Shown one piece after another: positions 59,801-64,000 of a stretch of 64,000 nt of DNA. Positions within the stretch are counted from its first letter, which is position 1. Each line of letters starts with the position of its first letter. The notes under the pieces were generated by a model that saw only the letters and a list, made by a program, of their open reading frames with translations, was not told where the DNA came from and made no database searches. The translations under genes were made by a program, and so were the position numbers. The stretch is from Antedon mediterranea (taxonomy: Eukaryota; Animalia; Echinodermata): positions 22,023,237-22,087,236 of the forward strand of contig NC_092672.1 of the NCBI RefSeq assembly GCF_964355755.1. The letters are read 5' to 3'.

Positions 59801-62180
59801 TTGCCTAAGTAATAAGACTGCCTAGTTCACCTTACCTTGGCGAAAAATGACCGTATAAAGTCAAATAATTGCTAATGATTCCTTTGCCATAAAATATTCA
59901 CTTAAACTAATTAAAATTTAATTTATTCTACTGCAAATATAAAATAATTAAATTATTATTAAACTACTTTTAAGTACCTGTTCCTCTCTTAGGAATATCT
60001 TTGTTTTTCCAAACAAAAAGCTTTTCATTTTATTTTCTTTGTCTGCTTCAGCTAAAACCAGATTCGTAATAACAGCACATTTACTTTTTGTATCCAAATC
60101 TTTGATATCTTCTGAGTTTGACCTTATTAATAATTCATACCTCTTAAGGAAATCACTGTACAACATTCTATAAGAAAATTGTCATTATCGTTCAGAATCA
60201 AGTATAACAAACAACACACTGGCAAGTATGTTAGTAGGTGTTCAAAATGTACAGTATCCACAGGGATATATATAGTATATATTATAAACATCACAGGCAC
60301 AGAATAAATTCTATATCGCCCGGTGATATACTAAAATTTAATTAATTAAACAATAAAGATGAGGAAATCTGTGAGAATGAGAAAAAGTTGCCCCCACTGA
60401 GATTCAAACCCAGAACCTTCTGCTTGATATGCAGATATCCTAACCATTAGACCACTGGGGCTTTTCATGGTATTGTTCAAACTAGATTGGATAGCAATAA
60501 CACTCTCGGTGTGGTACGGCGGAACAGCACTAGTCCTTCAGTTGTATGCACACGCACTAGAGATCAAATTGATAGACCCTCATCTTTCAGTATATATATA
60601 TATATATATGTAAGTCCTAGAGCAAGCTATTTGATTAGTAATAGTAAAAAATACAATAAAATACAAATTACGACGCACAACGATTTTGGTTTTTGCTTAA
60701 TTATTCAATATCAGCGTATCAAAGGAAAACAAATAGCTGTAAGCTGACCTGGTAGAGAAGCCTTGTACTGATCTGAATTGTTTCAAGTAAACTTAACAAG
60801 GGTATCAACCAGTCATAGATGGGTGCATTATTAGTATAAAAAGAACACAAAACAATAGCTGTAAGCTGACCTGGTAGAGAAGCCTTGTACTGATCTGAAT
60901 TGTTTCAAGTAAACTTAACAAGGGTATCAACCAGTCATAGATGGGTGCATTATTAGTATAAAAAGAACACAAAACAATAGCTGTAAGCTGACCTGGTAGG
61001 GAAGCCTGTTGCACTGATCTCAATTGTTTCAAGAACACCGCAAGCACGTAGTTGATTTATAACATGAAGATTATCAAAGTTGTCTGGTTGACATTCAAGA
61101 CTTGGTTTGATACAGCGGATGTAGTGAGGTGTTGTTTCATGTAAAGTAGCCATAAGACTGTCCAATGAATTCTAAGATACAATTGTTAGATTGTTACCAC
61201 AAAGATTACATGTAAAAACTAAATGGTATCAACCAAAATATGTAAGTAAGTAAATACAAAATGAATTGAGGAAATATGTCTGATAATCAAAAAATAAAAT
61301 ATATATATATTATGTTACATTTTCAATAGAAGTAAAAAAAAAAAATTGTGAAATAATAATAATTTGAGTGATCTTGCAAATGTTTATTTGATTTATTTCA
61401 GCATCATAACAAACAATCTATATAATATACAGGAAACAAAATATGAAACATCAACAATATACAAAAACAGGGATGCCGAGGATAACCCATAAAAGTCCTT
61501 GTTTCCCTGTTTCTCCCCATTTCAAGAAAAAAAAAGGGTCAAGAAAGCAAAAAAAACAACAAAGTAAAAAACCTATCTAAATTCTAAAGCAAGAGCTCGG
61601 TCTTGAAGCTATTTTTTTAATTGATGTTCCATACTAAATTCATCAAGATTCTAAATTAAGTTTTGTATGAGTTTCAATTTTCAGGATTCTGTACCTTAAA
61701 TTTTGATACCACTGTAGAAGTAGTCTTTTTGCCTTTTGTTTTACTTGGATTCTGAAAAAAAAAATAAAATTAACCTATTTTAGGTTAAACAAAACTATTA
61801 ACATAACTGACAAGATGCAAAGGCATTATAAATATCACACATTTATTCTTTGTTTAAAAGTTTCATGATGTAACATTGATGAAGACAGAACTTAAAAAGC
61901 AATGGATTTGAACAATAGAGAAAATGGTGTTAGTATAGTTTTAGTATGGTGTTAGTATGGTGTTACTACAGTGTTTGTTTGGTGTTACTAGTGTTAGTTT
62001 GATGTTAGTATGGTGTTATTACAGTGTTAGTTTGATGTTAGTATGGTGTTACTACGATGTTTAAAAACTAATGACAAGATCAATCACCTGTAAACTGGTA
62101 ACATCAGCATCAACTAGTTGTTGCACAAACTTCTTGCTGCTCATTCTAAGCAAATGTACAAGTTCTGCTGGAATACCATC
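56860..62180 (-). CDS. MYO19: Unconventional myosin XIX, 3' portion (end of motor, IQ motifs, tail); 5' exons not found, probably beyond the window
   Basis: Exons 62180-62088 ([11 protein letters not shown]), 61751-61695 (TVVSKFK), 61171-60993 ([32 protein letters not shown]), 60167-59978 (FLKRY..GKTKIFL), 58981-58855 and 57987-57845 (IQ motifs IQMWWR, IQAGFRGW, IQYA), 57489-56860 (tail). Phases are consistent. [29 protein letters not shown] matches class XIX myosin as I recall it. Confidence 0.85.
57220..57345 (-). repeat. Coding tandem repeat, 3 x 42 bp ([14 protein letters not shown]), in the MYO19 tail
   Basis: Seen directly in ORF 56860-57474. Confidence 0.9.
57911..58782 (-). repeat. 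8 x ~110-bp tandem array spanning the MYO19 IQ-exon acceptor
   Basis: Unit (minus strand) ..ACTAATTAGTAATTGATATGTTGTAG|GTTTTAGAGGCTGGAAGGTGAGA..TATGCTATGATG; units start near 57911, 58021, 58131, 58241, 58351, 58461, 58570 and 58679. Confidence 0.95.
59521..59839. repeat. 9 x ~36-bp minisatellite
   Basis: CCTAAGTAATAAGACTGCCTAGTTCACCTTACCTTG repeated with no unique spacers. Confidence 0.95.
60390..60461 (-). pseudogene. tRNA-like sequence (pseudo-tRNA or SINE head; anticodon reads ATC)
   Basis: GCCCCAGTGGTCTAATGGTTAGGATATCTGCATATCAAGCAGAAGGTTCTGGGTTTGAATCTCAGTGGGGGC. It has an A box, a TCTGC/GCAGA anticodon stem and a T arm with a mutated loop TTTGAAT, and the acceptor stem has a mismatch. 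Confidence 0.6.
60725..61033 (-). repeat. ~121-bp tandem duplication spanning a MYO19 splice donor (three donor copies)
   Basis: AATAGCTGTAAGCTGACCTGGTAG..GATCT.AATTGTTTCAAG occurs at ~60732, ~60854 and ~60976. Confidence 0.88.
61923..62060. repeat. Degenerate (ATGGTGTTAGT)n minisatellite
   Basis: Seen directly. Confidence 0.8.
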
Positions 62181-62351
62181 CTAAAAACATCAAATGATAC
62201 ACAATAGATCACCTTTTGAACTGCGATAACATTGTAGTTTGACACCGAGCCTTCAGCTATATAATAATATTGTATAAAACAACTATAAACTATTTGACTG
62301 CTGACCATTGTTTTTATTATTAATGACAGGCTAACCTTTAATTTGTTCCTA

Positions 62352-63898
62352 CTAAATGGCACGCTCGCTTCGCTCGCGTACCATCTAGGTCGTGCCCACA
62401 GATGGTTCTCGAATACACAGTATTTCCAGCGAGAAAAAAATGGAGATTTCAAATGTACGTACCGCAGGACTATAATACATTGTCGTTTACAGAAACGAAT
62501 AAATATACACAATGATTTATGTAGTCAACCAAAATTAGCACCCTGTGAATTACTTCCGAGAGAGAAACAAATTTTTTTATTCGGACTCATTTAAACAAAC
62601 CCAATTTGTGTTTTGTATGTAACATTAAGGGTTGAGGGATGGGGAAAGAAGATAGGTACAAAGAGGAAACATTTTAAAATATATTCTTATCCACTCAGTA
62701 ACGAAATATTGTTTTTAATGTTTTATAGGCCTATAAATAATATACCACTAAATACAGTAAAACATTTACGATTTAATACGGTACTTTGTTAAAACTCTCA
62801 CTGTCATAGTCGATTGAAATAGTAAAGTACATGTAACGATACACCACTACGACGTTTATATATTTTTAAATTATTAATTAATACAAACGTTGAGAAGCAA
62901 CTGTCAGTAATAACGTTTATTTATTTGTATATTATATGTTTATAATCTAACAGTAGGGCCTACCCACACTCACATTAATAAAGTTTATTTGTATATATTT
63001 TATATTACATCTAACAGTACCAACACTCACAGTAAGAAATTTGCGATTCAAATTGCGATCAAAAGTGGTTAATACCTTAACAGTATTGTACAGCATTGCA
63101 GTACTATTTATGTTTATTCTCCAAGGGGGCCCATAAATCTAAATCTATACCTCTATGGTTAAACCAAATAATTTGGAATGTTTATTTGTATATTATATGT
63201 TTATAATCTAACAGTAGGGCCTACCCACACTCACAGTAATAAAGTTTATTTGTATATATTTTTATATTACATCTAACAGTACCAACACTCACAGTAAGAC
63301 ATTTGCGATTCAAATTGCGATCAAAAGTGGTTAATACCTTAACAGTATTGTACAGCATTGCAATACTATTTATGTTTATTCTCCAAGGAGGCCCATAAAT
63401 CTAAATCTATACCTGTATGGTTAAACCAAATAATTTGGAATGTTCCATTCATCACAAATCAATACATTTGTAAAAACGTATATTAAATGTATCAAAATAG
63501 TATTTTTTAAAGAAAATCGGCCTGTCTTCAACATTATGATGCTGTACTCGAACTGTTCAACCGGTTTTCAGCTATTAAAAACAATTATCGTAGGAGGAGA
63601 TAGAAAAATGCGAAGCCTCCTCGCATTTTTGTGGCGGGTATTTTTCAAGATGGACATCCATTAGACAGTGTATACCACGATCGGAAAACACCCCTATTTG
63701 GGGCAAATCTTTGAACCTAAATTCGTTTTAATCGTCAATAACTAATTATCTAACTTAATTTAATTAGTAAACAGGGTTACATCAGGCGGTTAAAATCAGT
63801 ACCGAAAGTACGAACCAACTTTACATACCATCGAGTAAAAATTCTAAAAGTAAGGCGCGATTAACCGAATTTTGCCCTTACGTAAATTTATATATAGA
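62352..63898 (-). mobile_element. Apparently complete non-autonomous Helitron in a MYO19 intron
   Basis: Minus strand begins A|TC and ends with a GC hairpin GGTACGC..GCGAAGC..GCGTGCC followed by ATTTAG|T (CTAG variant). It contains a ~261-bp tandem duplication (62920-63442). Other pieces are at 1338-1654 and 49765-49862 (inverted). Confidence 0.6.
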
Positions 63899-64000
63899 TA
63901 CACTATGTTGTATTCTAAAGTTGATAGTTAAATTGTCTAGTCCTTCCTCCTTGATCTCACTACAATTGTTTTGAATAAATGAGCTAAAATAGTTTAGCAA

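Noticed and set aside
59521-59839. 36-bp (and 34-bp at 50273) arrays as CRISPR
   Set aside because: They are head-to-tail repeats with no spacers, in a eukaryotic intron context with no cas genes.
60390-60461. Functional tRNA gene
   Set aside because: The T-loop is mutated, the acceptor stem has a mismatch, the ATC anticodon is atypical, and it is embedded in repeat-like DNA.
209-63664. Most short ORFs in the supplied track (e.g. 15907-16281, 35151-35531, 57067-57357, 62141-62512)
   Set aside because: They are antisense or off-frame shadows of real exons, or chance ORFs in AT-rich or repeat DNA, with no motifs.

Overview
AT-rich, intron-containing metazoan DNA. An invertebrate deuterostome such as an echinoderm is inferred from gene content and motif usage, not proven. 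All gene models were spliced by hand. (1) 9496-13740 (+): an intact 11-coding-exon gene for a ~896-aa RAG1-like / Chapaev-type DDE transposase. It has a RAG1-type N-terminus (CND/Chapa zinc motif, C3HC4 RING, ZFA), a DDBD-like helix, a full D-D-E triad and ZnC2/ZnH2 motifs. No RAG2-like partner is visible. About 1 kb upstream is a head-to-head pair of TIR-like ends (CATAGAG-gctta-CACTATG) carrying the ProtoRAG-type heptamer and a 5-bp spacer. (2) 16899-52638 (+): a >=22-exon, kinase-less ROCO gene (ankyrin repeats - Roc GTPase - COR - S/T/P microexon linker - tandem DED-like domains) with one in-frame TAG that also forms an in-frame splice acceptor. (3) 62180-56860 (-): the 3' half of myosin XIX. 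Four tandem arrays in the two host genes are built from exon-intron junctions and multiply splice sites. Introns and intergenic DNA carry LINE, hAT, Harbinger, Kolobok-like, Helitron and Helentron-like relics.
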